Shown piece after piece: positions 12,965-24,498 of a stretch of DNA of 60,000 nucleotides (positions are counted from its first letter, which is position 1; the number at the start of each line of letters is the position of its first letter). Made by a program: the position numbers and the translations under genes. Below the pieces are notes generated by a model. It did not search any database and was not told the origin of the DNA. It saw only the letters and a program-made list of their open reading frames with translations. Source of the stretch: Felis catus (taxonomy: Eukaryota); assembly GCF_018350175.1 (NCBI RefSeq), contig NC_058383.1, forward strand, positions 18,044,001 through 18,104,000, read 5' to 3'.

Positions 12965-13639
12965 TCAGAACCCCACGCTGGTCCGACCTTCACGCCTCCA
13001 GAAAGCAGAGATCTGCTCCAGGGTGACCCGAGGTTGGAGGCCCCACTCCAGATCAGAGCTCCCTAGCCGCTGCCTCCGGGTCTGGGGGCTCCCCAGGTGC
13101 ATGCTGGCCTCTGGCCTCTGTTCAGGCTCAGCCCAGCTCACCAGACCCGGAGCATAGGGCCTCTCCTCCAAGGCCTGGGGCCCCCAGAAGGTGCTGCGGA
13201 CTGGGGCCCTGGGTGGGCTCTGGAGGCCCAAGGAGCTGGGAGGGGAGAGTGGGGCTATAGGGGCAGGTGGGGCTGTGGCTCGGGCCTCTAAGGTGCCTCC
13301 AGAGATGGGAGGGTCTGGGGCCCCATCCATCAGCAAGGGGACCGCAGAGCCATACCAGTCTTCTGAGCGCTCTCGGGGGGTGCCCCTGGGCTCGATCCAC
13401 AGTTCTCCTCCGGGGCGCCAGACCAGGGTGGGTGCACGGTTGCTGGGGTCTGGGTGCAGAGAGCGGCGGAAGAGGCGTTCGGCCAACACAGCTGTCGTTA
13501 CGAGGAAGAGGGCGGCGAGGCAGGCCAGGGCCAGCATGATGGGGATGCAGGGCCCACAGGGCAGCGGGGGCCATGTAACCAGCTCCGACTCAGGGAGTCC
13601 CTCCACATGCCCAGAGGGCTGCTCTGGAGTTGAAGGCAT
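12965..13639 (-). CDS. C16orf54: Transmembrane protein C16orf54 (SAIL) orthologue, 224 aa, single coding exon
   Basis: 224-aa ORF MPSTPEQPSGHVEG...LPCGPCIPIMLALACLAALFLVTTAVLAERLFRR...WRPGGELWIEP...QPRVTLEQISAFWRREGRTSVGF closely matches human C16orf54 as I recall it, with one hydrophobic TM segment. ATG directly follows a splice acceptor (tgtctcttcag|ATG). Lies next to ZG16 as in human. Confidence 0.96.
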   Translation of the reverse strand: MPSTPEQPSGHVEGLPESELVTWPPLPCGPCIPIMLALACLAALFLVTTAVLAERLFRRSLHPDPSNRAPTLVWRPGGELWIEPRGTPRERSEDWYGSAVPLLMDGAPDPPISGGTLEARATAPPAPIAPLSPPSSLGLQSPPRAPVRSTFWGPQALEERPYAPGLVSWAEPEQRPEASMHLGSPQTRRQRLGSSDLEWGLQPRVTLEQISAFWRREGRTSVGF

Positions 13640-14344
13640 CTGAAGAGACAGGGGTCAGGAGAGGAAGCACATGAGACAAGGTCAGCACAACCTATAGGAA
13701 GAGAGAGGCAGCGTGTGTCCAAACAACAATGAGGAGAGAGACAGAGGCCCGAGCGGCTCTGCATCCGGCCTGGGAAACAGACCCCGGCAGACAGAGGAAC
13801 AAAGAGGGCCCGGAACGGCAAGAGATAGGCAGAAGGTTGGAGAGCCAGGATCCCACCTTGGTCGGCAGCCGGCCCTCCTGCTCAGGCTCCTGAACCTGCT
13901 TCCAGACGCCCTGTCCCCCACCCCTACTCCCGCCGCCCAGACCCCGGGGTGCCTCAGACAAAACTGTAAGGGCCCCCAGAGATTCTTTCCTGCTGTCTGG
14001 GCTCCCCCCACGTCTTGCTTGGGCCTCAGAGGAAGTGGTGGGTGCAGAAACGAGAAGCTCCCCTCCCGACTCCCACCCTGCCTGTGCGCCCCCTCCCACC
14101 GCTTGGCTGGCACCTTGGGTGCTCCTGGGCCCTCACGACTCTCCTTGGATTTGGTCTTGCTCTCTGCAGGTTCCACTGAGCTTGCTGTCCTGCCAGGTCC
14201 CGGGCGCCACCTCTGCACCTGTCCCCGCCTCTCCTCTCCAGCTCTGGCCCCGGGCCTGGCCAAACGTGCCTCCCTTCTTTGACTCTGCCTGCTTCTCTCT
14301 GCCCCCCAGGTCCGCCACCTGCAGGGGCCCTCACCACGCCTCAC

Positions 14345-14440
14345 CTTAACTCAGGGCGGCCCCAGGGCTCCTGGCTCTCCCTTCAGAGCACTCCTCCTTG
14401 TGCAGGGTGTCAGGCAGTTGCCTCAGATGAGGCCGGAAGG
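14345..14440 (-). other. C16orf54: Probable non-coding exon 1 of C16orf54
   Basis: Donor AAG|GTGAGG at 14345/14344 on the minus strand. Splicing to the acceptor at 13640 gives AAGATG (A at -3), with no upstream ATG in the exon. The 5' end is estimated. Confidence 0.55.
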
Positions 14441-14590
14441 GAGGGCACCACCTGTTGCTGGGCAACAGTGCCCCAACTCCTCTTGCCCCTGGGGAGTGTT
14501 TCCAAGGCAACCTGGGGGGATGTGGTCAATGTGGTGGGGAGGCGTTTCCTGGCGAGAGGTGGGGCCGGAATGGGCAGTGGTTGTGTTGAA
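14430..14590 (-). promoter_or_regulatory. Putative TATA-less C16orf54 promoter with ETS and RUNX-like motifs
   Basis: CCGGAAG at ~14433, TGTGGT at 14521 and 14530, GGCCGGAA at ~14563 and GTGGTT at ~14577, clustered at and just upstream of the inferred exon 1 start. Motif-level evidence only. Confidence 0.4.
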
Positions 14591-15410
14591 CTCAGTCTCA
14601 CCCCATAGCCAGGCCCCAGGCCCCTCGCTCTGCCTGATCTCGAGGGGTGGCCCTGGCCCTGGCCTGCCCACTGCACCCCTACGAACCCGCCCCTGCCATC
14701 CAGCCCCCTCCTGCTTGACCCAGCCTTCCCCATACTTTTCATGAATATGCATCTCTTCGTCTTTAGGCCAGTTAGCCTCAGTTTTGGTTGGAAGCCATTT
14801 GTGAGGTGAGGCGTGGGCACCAACAAAGTAGGCCTCCTGGGAGAATCCTGTCTCCAAGACCCTGAACATTTGCCCTCCGGCCTCCCTTCTCCTGGGGTGA
14901 GGCTCGGAGGAACGTGAGAGCAAGGAGTGAGGAGGGAGTGTTGTTCAACCACTCGGATCCCTTCGGAGATTGTCTAGTTCCACTCGCTCGCTGACAGATG
15001 ACAAGCAGGCCCCGCACACGGGCGACGTTGTGCCCAAAGTCACACAACCCATGTATACGGGAGGGACCGGAGAAGCATAGGTATAAATTCCTGGTCTGGC
15101 AAGCAACCTGAACACAATCCTTACCAGGTATTAATATTTGCTTTTGCAAAATGACAGCCATTTCATGAGAAATGCTACAAAAATATGTTGCAATGTTAGT
15201 GTCTTACAAGATGGTCACAAGGGCAGCCTGACTCACATTGGTCTGTCCCGGTGGTTTTGAGGAAAGGGCCAGAAGGAGCACAAAATGTGGCATGGGATGG
15301 GGGTAGGTGGAAATGGAGAGTCCCGAGGCTCCTGGCTTTACGACATATGCCGAAACCTGATGTGATTATAATTCGATGAGATCATAAGCCTTAAAATAAA
15401 ACTGGAACTT

Positions 15411-16807
15411 GGGGCGCCTGGGTGGCTCCGTCGGTTGAGCATCCAACTTCAACTCAGGTCATGATCTCACAGTTTGTGGGTTTGAGCCCGACATTGGGCT
15501 CTATGCTGACAGCTCGGAGCCTGGAGCCTGTTTCGGATTCTGTGTCCCCCCTCTCTCTCTCTGTCCCTCCCCTACTCTCTCTCTCTCTCAAAAATAAATA
15601 AGCATTAAAAAATAAAATAAAATAAAAAATAAAACCTGAACTTGATACCACTGAGATGGACACAAAAAATGGTTAAGATTGGGGCACCTGCCTGACTCAG
15701 TCGGAAGAGCATGTTACTTTTGACCTTGGGGTCATGAGTTCAAGCCCCACGTTGAGTGTGGAGATTACTAAAAAAATAAACTTAAAAAAAAAGGTTAAGG
15801 GAACACCTGGGTGGCTCATTTGGTGAAGCATCTGGCTCTTGATTCGGCTCAGGTCATGATCTCCTGGTTCATGGGTTCAAGCCCCAAGCTTGGGATTCTC
15901 TCTCTTCCTCTCCCTCTCCCCTCCCCCACTTGCTTGCACACACTGTCTCTCTCAAAATATATAAATAAAGTTAAAAAAAGGTTAATATAATAAATTTTGT
16001 TACATGTATTTACAACAATAAAAAATTTTAAGTCTAAATAAATAAGTAAATAAAATCTGAAAATTATGTATGTTCTGTTTTAATTAGTGATCCCTTAAAA
16101 AAACAAAACACTAAGGGCACCTGGCTGGCTCAGTCGGTAGAGCATGTGACTCTTAATCTCAGGGTTGTGAGCTCAAGCCTTATGCTGGGGGTGGAACCTA
16201 CTAAAATAGAATTTAAATTTAAAATTTAAACAAAACAAAACACTAGAAGGGTAAACATTATTAAAACCAGGAAGATCCGACATGATCTGGAATCCAAATG
16301 GGATGTTTTTGATTCTTAACTATCTCTTACCACTTAAAAAATAGCTTAACATTTTTGGAGGGTGCCTGGGTGGCTCAGTTGGTTAGGCATCCAACTCTTG
16401 ATTTTGGCTCAGGTCATGATCTCATGGTTCATGAGCCCCGTATTGGGCTTTGTGCCAGCAAGCGGAGCCTGCTTGGGATTCCTTCCTTCACTTCTGCTTA
16501 GATCCCCCTGTCCAATCTAGCCACTTGTATACCTTAACAGTTCTCTGCAGCCAAAGCTCACAGGCCCCATCAGAAGATAAAGGGACCTGGGGTACCTGGG
16601 TGGCTTAGTCGCTTGAGTGTCTGACTTTGGCTCAGGTCGTGATCTCACAGTTCGTGAGTTTGAGCCCCGCATCAGGCTCCTCACTGACAGTGTGGAGACT
16701 GCTTGGAATTCTCTCTCTCTGCCCTTCCACCACTTGTTTTCCCTCTCTCTCTCTCTCTCTCAAAATAAATAAATAAACTTAAAAAACGAATAAGTAAAAA
16801 AAAAAAA
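15411..16807 (+). mobile_element. Cluster of about six CanSINEs; 15800-16807 is paralogous to 43270-44320
   Basis: Repeated GGGGCGCCTGGGTGGCTCAGT heads and A tails. Confidence 0.85.
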
Positions 16808-17389
16808 GGTAAGGGGACCAGAACGATCTCAAGGAAGCTAAGTATGTGTAGGGGCAACTTCCCACATGGCCACTTGTGAATGGCACATGGGTCCCTTTTC
16901 TCTACCATGATGCCACTTGGAAAATCACCGAGGTGCATTCTATACTGAGGCTTTCTGTAGCCAGCATCTGACCCCACACCCTGTGATACATGGCCGCCCA
17001 CCAGATGTTCCCAGGAGAAAGGAAGGCCCAGGGGCTGCCACATCTTTTCCCGATTCCTACACGAAATGGGCCTGCCCGTACGAAGGTTCTTAGTATGATT
17101 CTGGTGGAGATGGGTGGTCTCAAGAAAATGTTAAGCTTCATCCCCTCCACAACATACTTGGCTGTCACAGCCCCACTCATCACAAGGGTTTTACTACCTC
17201 CATGGGCAGTTAACCACTGGTGATCCAATTGGAGGATCCACTTGTAGCCTGAGTGCGGGAGACTCATCCCCATCCAAACCCACCCATCTTCTAACACCCC
17301 ATCCCAATGCCAAAGGGTATCAACAGGAGTCCGAAGGCATCACTCCACTGCTGTACTTTCTACATGCACAGGACTCAGTGGCCAAACTT

Positions 17390-18423
17390 CGTTTATTATT
17401 ATATCTATTGAACTTCACATGCTATGAAGTTCACCCAGTACAGTAGTAGTGGGTTTTAATATATTCATAAGATTGCACAACCATCACCACTATCTAATTT
17501 CAGGACATTTTCATCACCCCAGAAAGAAACCCTGTACCCATTAGTGGTCACTCCCCATTCCTTCCTCCCCCAGACCTTGGCAACACTGTTTTCTTTTTTC
17601 AAAATATTTCTAAATGTTTATTTTTGAAAGAGAGAGAGAAAGAGAAAGAGAGAGACGGAGCAGGCAAGGGGCAGAGAGAGAGGGAGACAGAGAATCCAAA
17701 GCAGGCTTCACGCTGTCAGCGCAAAGCTGGATGTGGGTCTCCAACCCGCGAGCCGCCAGATCATGACCCGAGCTGACGTTGGATGCTCAACTGACTGAGC
17801 CACCAGGTGCCCCAACAACTATCTGTTTTCTGTGTCTATGCATTTGCCTCTTCTGGACATTTCATATAAATGAAATCACATAACCTGCAGCCTTTTGTGC
17901 CTGGGAGCTTTCACTTCACATAATGTTTTCAGGGTTCATCCATGCTTAATGAATCAGTACCTCATTCTTCCTTTTTTTTTTTAATGTTTGTTTATGTTGA
18001 GAGAGAGACTGTTGGGGGAGATACAAAGAGAGAGGAGAGAGAGAATCCCAAGCAGGCTCCACACTGTCAGCACAGAGCCAGACACGGGCCTCGATCCCAC
18101 AAACCATGAGATCATGACCCGAGCTGAAGCCATGAGCCAGGCGCTCAACCAGCTGAGCCACCCAGGCGCCCCAGTACTTCATTCTTTTTTTTGTACAAAA
18201 GCTGAATATTTTAGTGTATGGCTATACTACATTTTTATCCATCCATCAGTCGAGGGACACGTGGATTGTTTCTGCTTCTTGGTTATTGCAAGTAATGCTG
18301 CTGTGAACAGTCATGGATAGGTTTTTGTGTGGATATGTTTTCAGTTTCTCTTGGGTCTATAGCTGGGAGTCAGACCTCACAGTCGGACGGCAACACTGTG
18401 TTCACCTTTTTGAGGAAGTGTGG
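17390..18423 (-). mobile_element. Old L1 3' fragment with two nested SINEs
   Basis: L1MB-like antisense 3'UTR text; possible degenerate TSD GTGRCCAAAYTT at ~17378 and ~18424. Confidence 0.65.
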
Positions 18424-21400
18424 GTGACCAAATTTACAACTGCTGAGTTCATCCACCTCTCCTTACTCTCTGCTCCGGGCCCACCCTCCGACAGCAGCAA
18501 CGGTTCCACAACTTCTTCCTGCACCGTGTTGGGTCCACCGTGCACTTGGCTTCTAGGAAACGTGTGGAGGCCACCAACCTCAGGCAAGAGAATCGACCGT
18601 CAACAGGCATGAGGGAAGACAACCCTTCAAGAAGACGGCTGCGGTCCTTCCATGCTCATGCCACCCGTCCTGGCTGAAGCCTAAAGACCTCTTCTTATGC
18701 AATGATACTGTGACCAGAGTTCTAGGTTTTGTGTTTCAAGCTGCCTTCATCCACGCACACCCAACCCTTGTCTCACCCCTGCCTGCGGAGCATGGTGTGC
18801 TCAGATCTTGCCACGCTCCCCTGGCGACAAGAGGGAGTAGCCAGGAACAGTAGGGAAGGGGGGGCAAGTAGAGGAGCTCATGACTTGGGGTCCGTGTCAC
18901 AACATGAGCTACAGTCTGAGGTCTCCAAGCAGAATGTCAGTAAAATGTTGCTTTGCAGGGGCGCCTGGGTGGCTCAGTGGATTAAGTGTCTGACTTCAGC
19001 TCAGGTCATGATCTTGTGTTCTGTGAGTTTGACCCCCATGTTGGGCTCTGTGCTGACAGCTCAGAGCCTGGAGCCTGCTCCGGATTCTGTGTCTCCCTCT
19101 CTCTCTGCCCCTCCCCTGCTCACACTCTGTCTCTCTCAAAAATAGACATTAAAAAAAAAGTTGCTTTGCACTTCAGAAGGAGGCTTCAGCGGCTTCAGTG
19201 GATGAAGGAGCATACAGCCAACCTGTCAGGCAACATCTCCTGGCCGGACGGAATTAAATCATGTTCTCTGCTCTTGTGTTCTCTGAAAGGCACAACCCCA
19301 GGTGGTGAGGAGCAGAGAAGCAGACGGCCTATGACCACATTTTATACTTGGAAACTGAGACTTAGGAGGATTGAGTAGCCCAACCAGGGTGACCAACCAT
19401 TCCCATTGTGCCTGGGGCCATCCTTATTTTCATTCATTCATTCATTCATTCATTTTAAAATGTAAGCTCTATGCCCAACGTGGGGCTTGAACTCATGACC
19501 CCAAGATCGAGAGCCACATGGTCTACTGATGAACCAGCCAGGCACCCAGGACCGTCCTGGTTTTAGCACTTGAAGTTCCACATCCCAGAAAACACTTTAA
19601 ATCTGGGTCAACTGAGAAAGTTGGTTGTTGTCATCCAAAGTCACACAACTCAAGTCCCAGAGCTGAATCGGAACCCAGATCTGACCGTCTCCAACCTCCT
19701 GCTGCTGAATGAATGACTTACTGAGCAGGTCAGTCATAAGAAACGCCTTCAGAGTTTCAACAGAAAGGTCCAGGCACTTCCGGTTGTTCTTCCCTTCACC
19801 CTCATCCCCTCTGCAGTGGGGTCCACCCTGCTGAGAGTCCCAGCCCTCACCCGGAGCTATCTTGCTGCCAGACAGGGGATAAACACAGGGCTGAGCTCAG
19901 GAGCGTTTTATCACTGCTCAGGGCCTGCTGGGTGGCACTTACCGGCTGCTCAGGATCCCAAGAGTCAGAGATTCCAACCTTGAGAGCTGTGAAAAATGAT
20001 AAGAGTGGGGGTGCCTGACTGGCTCAGTCAGAGGAACATGCAAGTCTTGATCTCAGGGTCGTGAGTTCAAGCCCCACGTTGGGTATTAGAGATGATTTAA
20101 ATAAATAAACTTTAAAAAATGATAAGAATGAATTAGAAAGGTCCCAAGTGCCACCTGTGTGGGGAAATGGGGGAAGGTGGAAAGAATCTGGGCTTTGGAA
20201 CCAGGCAGCCCTGGGATTAAATCTGAGGTTCCTGGCTCCACAGCTGTTGAGACCCTTGGCAATCTATTCGATTTCCATTTTTTCATGAATTCCCAACTTG
20301 AAGGGTTGTTGGAGGGTAATATTAGATAGTTTATATAAAGCACCTCTTAAAGCAGGCATTCAGCACTTCTGTCCCCTTCCATCTTGGTCTAGCATTGTTG
20401 CTCATCTTTGAAAGGCCCTAAAGGATCTGTCCCTTCACATCTGTTCACCCACCTGAAATCTTGTTACCACTCAAGATTGTTCTATACCAACCACCAGATT
20501 CCCCCGGGCTCTGAGCCTCCCTCCCTCTTCTCCCACTCCACCTGCTGGTCCATCCCATTATACTTCTTTTCCTGGAGCCCACATCCTGGAGTCCCCTCCT
20601 GACCAGCCCTCCCCAAACTCACTCCACTTCCTCTATAACCTTGACTTTGTGCTGTATTGTTCCAACCACTCTCTTCCCGGCATTTGCCAGCCTTGTTCCC
20701 ACCCCCCCCCACACCTTCCTCATAAAGCTTCTGCCTGGAACCAGTACAACTACTTTCCTTTTGTCCTGTTAACAGGTTGGTGAGCCACATTGGAGAAAAT
20801 CACACAACTGACCATGTGTAGTGCCCCCACCTCCACCTGGTCCCTCAGTCATGCTGTCATGTGGATCTGGGCAACGCGCTCTCTCTCTCTCTCTCTCCCT
20901 TCCCTACCAGCTTTGCCCAACCTCGACTCTAACCATCAGCGCGGATACACTTTCTCTCTCTTGTGCAGAAAGCTGAGGCCTTCAGGCAGGAGCTCTCTGC
21001 CTTGTTCATTTTCAGCCTCTGAGAGTGGGGTTGGCCATGCTCACTCTTGGTTCTGTTCATGGCTTGCCTGGGGATTCTCACTGGCTTCCTCCAGTCCTGT
21101 GGGCCCTGTCTGCCCTGGTACTTTCTTCCCTCAGTGAAGGATGGTGTGGCCCACTTACTTCGTCCTTTGTGCTGATCTTCCTACTTTGTTCCAATGTCTC
21201 TATTCCTCCTAAGCTACTGCTCCTGGCCAAGGCGCTTCTATGTGCCTAGCAATTTACTAACCCCTCTTCTCTTCTCTTTTCTTCTCTTCTCTCTCTTTTC
21301 TTTTCTTTCCTTATTAAGTAATCTCTATACCCAACATCAGGCTCGAAGTCACAAACCCAGAGATCAAGAGTCAGATGCTTCACCAACTGAGCCAGCCAAG

Positions 21401-22410
21401 CGCCCCTAAGCACATTGCTGTGTTTCATTTAATCCTGTAAAGCAACCCTTGAAGTGGATCTTATCCTTCCTTTTGCAGTGAGGAAACTGAGATTCAGAGA
21501 CTTTAATTTGCCAGGGGAAAGCGGCAAAGCCAGGCCTCAGCCCACTTCTCTCTTTTCACTGTGCAATTCTGGCATCTGTGACCACACTTCCTGGCCACAG
21601 CCAGGATCCTTGTTCCCTCCTCTGGGTTTGACTGAATCCCTATGCATCCAGCTATGCTCCTTCCTTGCACTCTGAAGACCAGCTTGATTAGGTTTGCCCT
21701 TCAGGAGAGTGTGAGCCCCTCCGGGGCAGGACACTTCATTTCCATTTTCCCAGGGCCCTCAGTAGGTGCTTTTGATGTTCAGTTCAAGCTACCTTGGCCT
21801 GTGTATCAGTATTCTCCGGTTACTTGACCATTTTGCCCTTACTCTTTTATAAGGTGCGTAGACATGATGAGGTGATGATACCAGAGAAGACACGTGACAT
21901 CCTCATAACCTTGATATGATAAGGCCAGAGTTGAGAAGTACTAAAATCAGCAAGTCTGGACTCAGGCGGACACACACCTTTAGTTTGCCTGCAACATATT
22001 CAATTGGGGGGCGGGGGCGGAAAACCGAACCTCACGATGTTAGCAAATGTATGGAAGGCTAAGAAAATGTGATTTAGGTTTACAACAAAAACATGAGGGG
22101 TATTTAGGAATTTTATGATTTTCTTATTTCCACAGGATGGAGCCACTCCTTAGACGATGAGAAACAAAGAACTTCCTTGGCATCAGGCAGTGTTCTGGAA
22201 CTTTACTTCCATTAACTATATCATAACCACAGCAACCTGAGGAGGTAGGCAAAATTATCGCCTTTTTGTTTATGTGTGTGTTTTCAGACGAGAACAGAAG
22301 CAGAGAGAAATGAAATACCTTGCCCCAGGCACCCAGCTTCTGAGTCCAGCCCCGTCTGTGCACCTCTCAAACACTCCACCCCGCGTCTGTCTTAAAAATA
22401 AACAACAATA

Positions 22411-22448
<38 letters not shown>
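22411..22448. repeat. (TG)n(TA)n microsatellite
   Basis: Direct reading. Confidence 0.9.
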
Positions 22449-22449
<1 letters not shown>

Positions 22450-23984
22450 CAGGTTTCCAAGTGACTTTAACTTTAGTTGTCCAAATCAACCTACACAAAT
22501 ATCTTTCTTTGAGGGGTGCTTGGCCGGCTCAGTAGGACAAGCATGTGACTCTTAATCTCAGGGTCGGGAGTTCAAGCCCCATGATGGGTATGGAGATTAC
22601 TAAAAAAAAAAAAAAAAAGCATAAACTTAAAAAAATTCTTTTTGCAAGGGGACGCCTGGGTGGCTCAGTCGGTTAAGTGTCTGACTTTGGCGCAGGTCAT
22701 GATCTCACAGTTTGTGAATTCGAGCCCAAATCAGACTCTGTGCTGATAGTGCGGAGCCTGCTTCTGATTCTCTGTCTCCCTCTCTCTCTGCCCCTCCTCC
22801 ACTCGTTCTCTCTCTCTCCCTCAAAAATAAAGAAATAAACATTAAAATAATTCTTGTGTCAAGTTGTATGATGCATTTGACAAAGATCTCCAGGATCTGA
22901 ACTAAGCTAAACCATAAAAATAAAGCTAACTGCAGATGAGAAAGACAAGGCCTGCCCTCATCAACTTTATCTGAAAGAAATGAAAAAGAAAGACCATATT
23001 TTGTGAGAATTGAAGAGAGAGAAAAAAATAAACATTTACTCAGTACTTATGTGTGCTAGATCTGTGCCAGGGGCTTGACACAAATTGGTTAGACTCATTA
23101 TCTCCTATCGCAGATGAACAAACTGAAGTTCGAGGATCATGGAGGCAGGGCACGAACCAAGCTTTAAGACAAGTCTCTTTCTGGGGTTCCTGGGTGGCTC
23201 AGTCGGTTAAGTGTCTGACTTTGGCTCAGATCATGACCTGGTGGTCAGTGAGTTTGAACCCCGTGTTGGGCTCTGTGCTGACTGTTCACAGCCTGGAGCC
23301 TGCTTCGGATTCTGTGTCACCCTCGCTCTCTGCCCCTCCCCCCCCCCCACACACACACTCTCTCTCTCTCTCTCTCTCTCTCCCTCTCTTTCAAAAATAA
23401 ATAAACATTAAAAAAATAAAAATCTTACCCTTTGAGAGAGGTAGGTTTTTTTCAAGGATTTTTTTTTTTAACAGCAGTTCAGAATAGGGAAGAACCTTTT
23501 ATATTGTGAGTCAGTACATGCAGTATAGAGTATTTGACTGAAACAGTATTTTAGGAAATAGTATTTAGTCTTGTTACATGTGATGCTCTTACTTTCTCTA
23601 TTTCACTTTTCAAATGTGTTGGTCTTGGGGCACCTGGGTGGCTCAGTTGGTTGAGCATCCGATTTGGTTTTGGCTCAGGTCATGATCTCAGGGTCGTGGG
23701 ATTAAGCCCCGAGTCTGGCTTTGCACTAGGCATGGAGCTTGCTTAAGATTCTCTCTCTCTCCCCACCCCCCACCCCTCTCCCCGACTCACTCTTTCAAAT
23801 TAAAAAACAAATGTTGGTCTTGGGGCACCTGGCTGTTCTAGGGGTCATAGGTTTGAGCCCCACGTTGGGTATAGAGATTACCAAAAAAAATAATAAACTT
23901 AAAAAATATGTTGGTCTTGAGCCGTTAAAATGATTTTGTGGTCCACTAGTGAGTTAAGACCTACAGTTTAAAAAGCACTGTCCT

Positions 23985-24183
23985 GGGGCGCCTGGGTGGC
24001 TCAGTCGGTTAGGCATCTGACTTCGGCTCAGGTCATGATCTCACGGTCCGTGAGTTCGAGCTCTGTACTGACGGCTCGGAGCCTGGAGCCTGTTTCGGAT
24101 TCTGTGTCTCCCTCTCTCTCTGACCCTCCCCCGTTCATCCTGTCTCTCCCTGTCTCAAAAATAAATAAACATTAAAAAAAAAA
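23985..24183 (+). mobile_element. CanSINE specific to unit A
   Basis: 16-bp TSD TAAAAAGCACTGTCCT (23969-23984, 24184-24199); empty site in unit B at ~46940. Confidence 0.9.
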
Positions 24184-24279
24184 TAAAAAGCACTGTCCTT
24201 GAGGATTTTGGTAGATCTCGAGTCCTTTAACTTCTCATGTTTCAAATGCAGAAATATAGACTCAAAGAAATAGTGACTT

Positions 24280-24498
24280 CTGTTTTTTAAAAATGCTTAT
24301 TTATTTTTGAGAGAGACAGCATGCATACAAGTGGGGGATGGCAGAGAAACAGAAAGAGAGATACAGAATCCAAAGCAGGCTCCAGGCTCTGAACTGTCAG
24401 CACAAAGCCCGATGCAGGGCTTGACCACACGAGCGGTGAGATCATGAACTCAGCTGATGAAGTCAGATGCTCAACCACCTGAACCATCTGGGCGCCCC
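24280..24498 (-). mobile_element. Chimeric CanSINE with non-matching flanks
   Basis: Left flank matches the TSD of the SINE at 47034-47246; right flank matches the TSD of the SINE at 50496-50729. Confidence 0.8.

Noticed and set aside
13128..14952. Long overlapping ORFs (148-220 aa) on both strands around C16orf54
   Set aside because: GC-rich shadow frames with low-complexity Pro/Gly/Arg content and no recognisable family; they overlap the real CDS, intron and promoter.
16902..17297. Minus-strand 131-aa ORF as a third ZG16-like pseudogene
   Set aside because: No convincing jacalin motifs; the opposite strand fits a decayed retroelement better.
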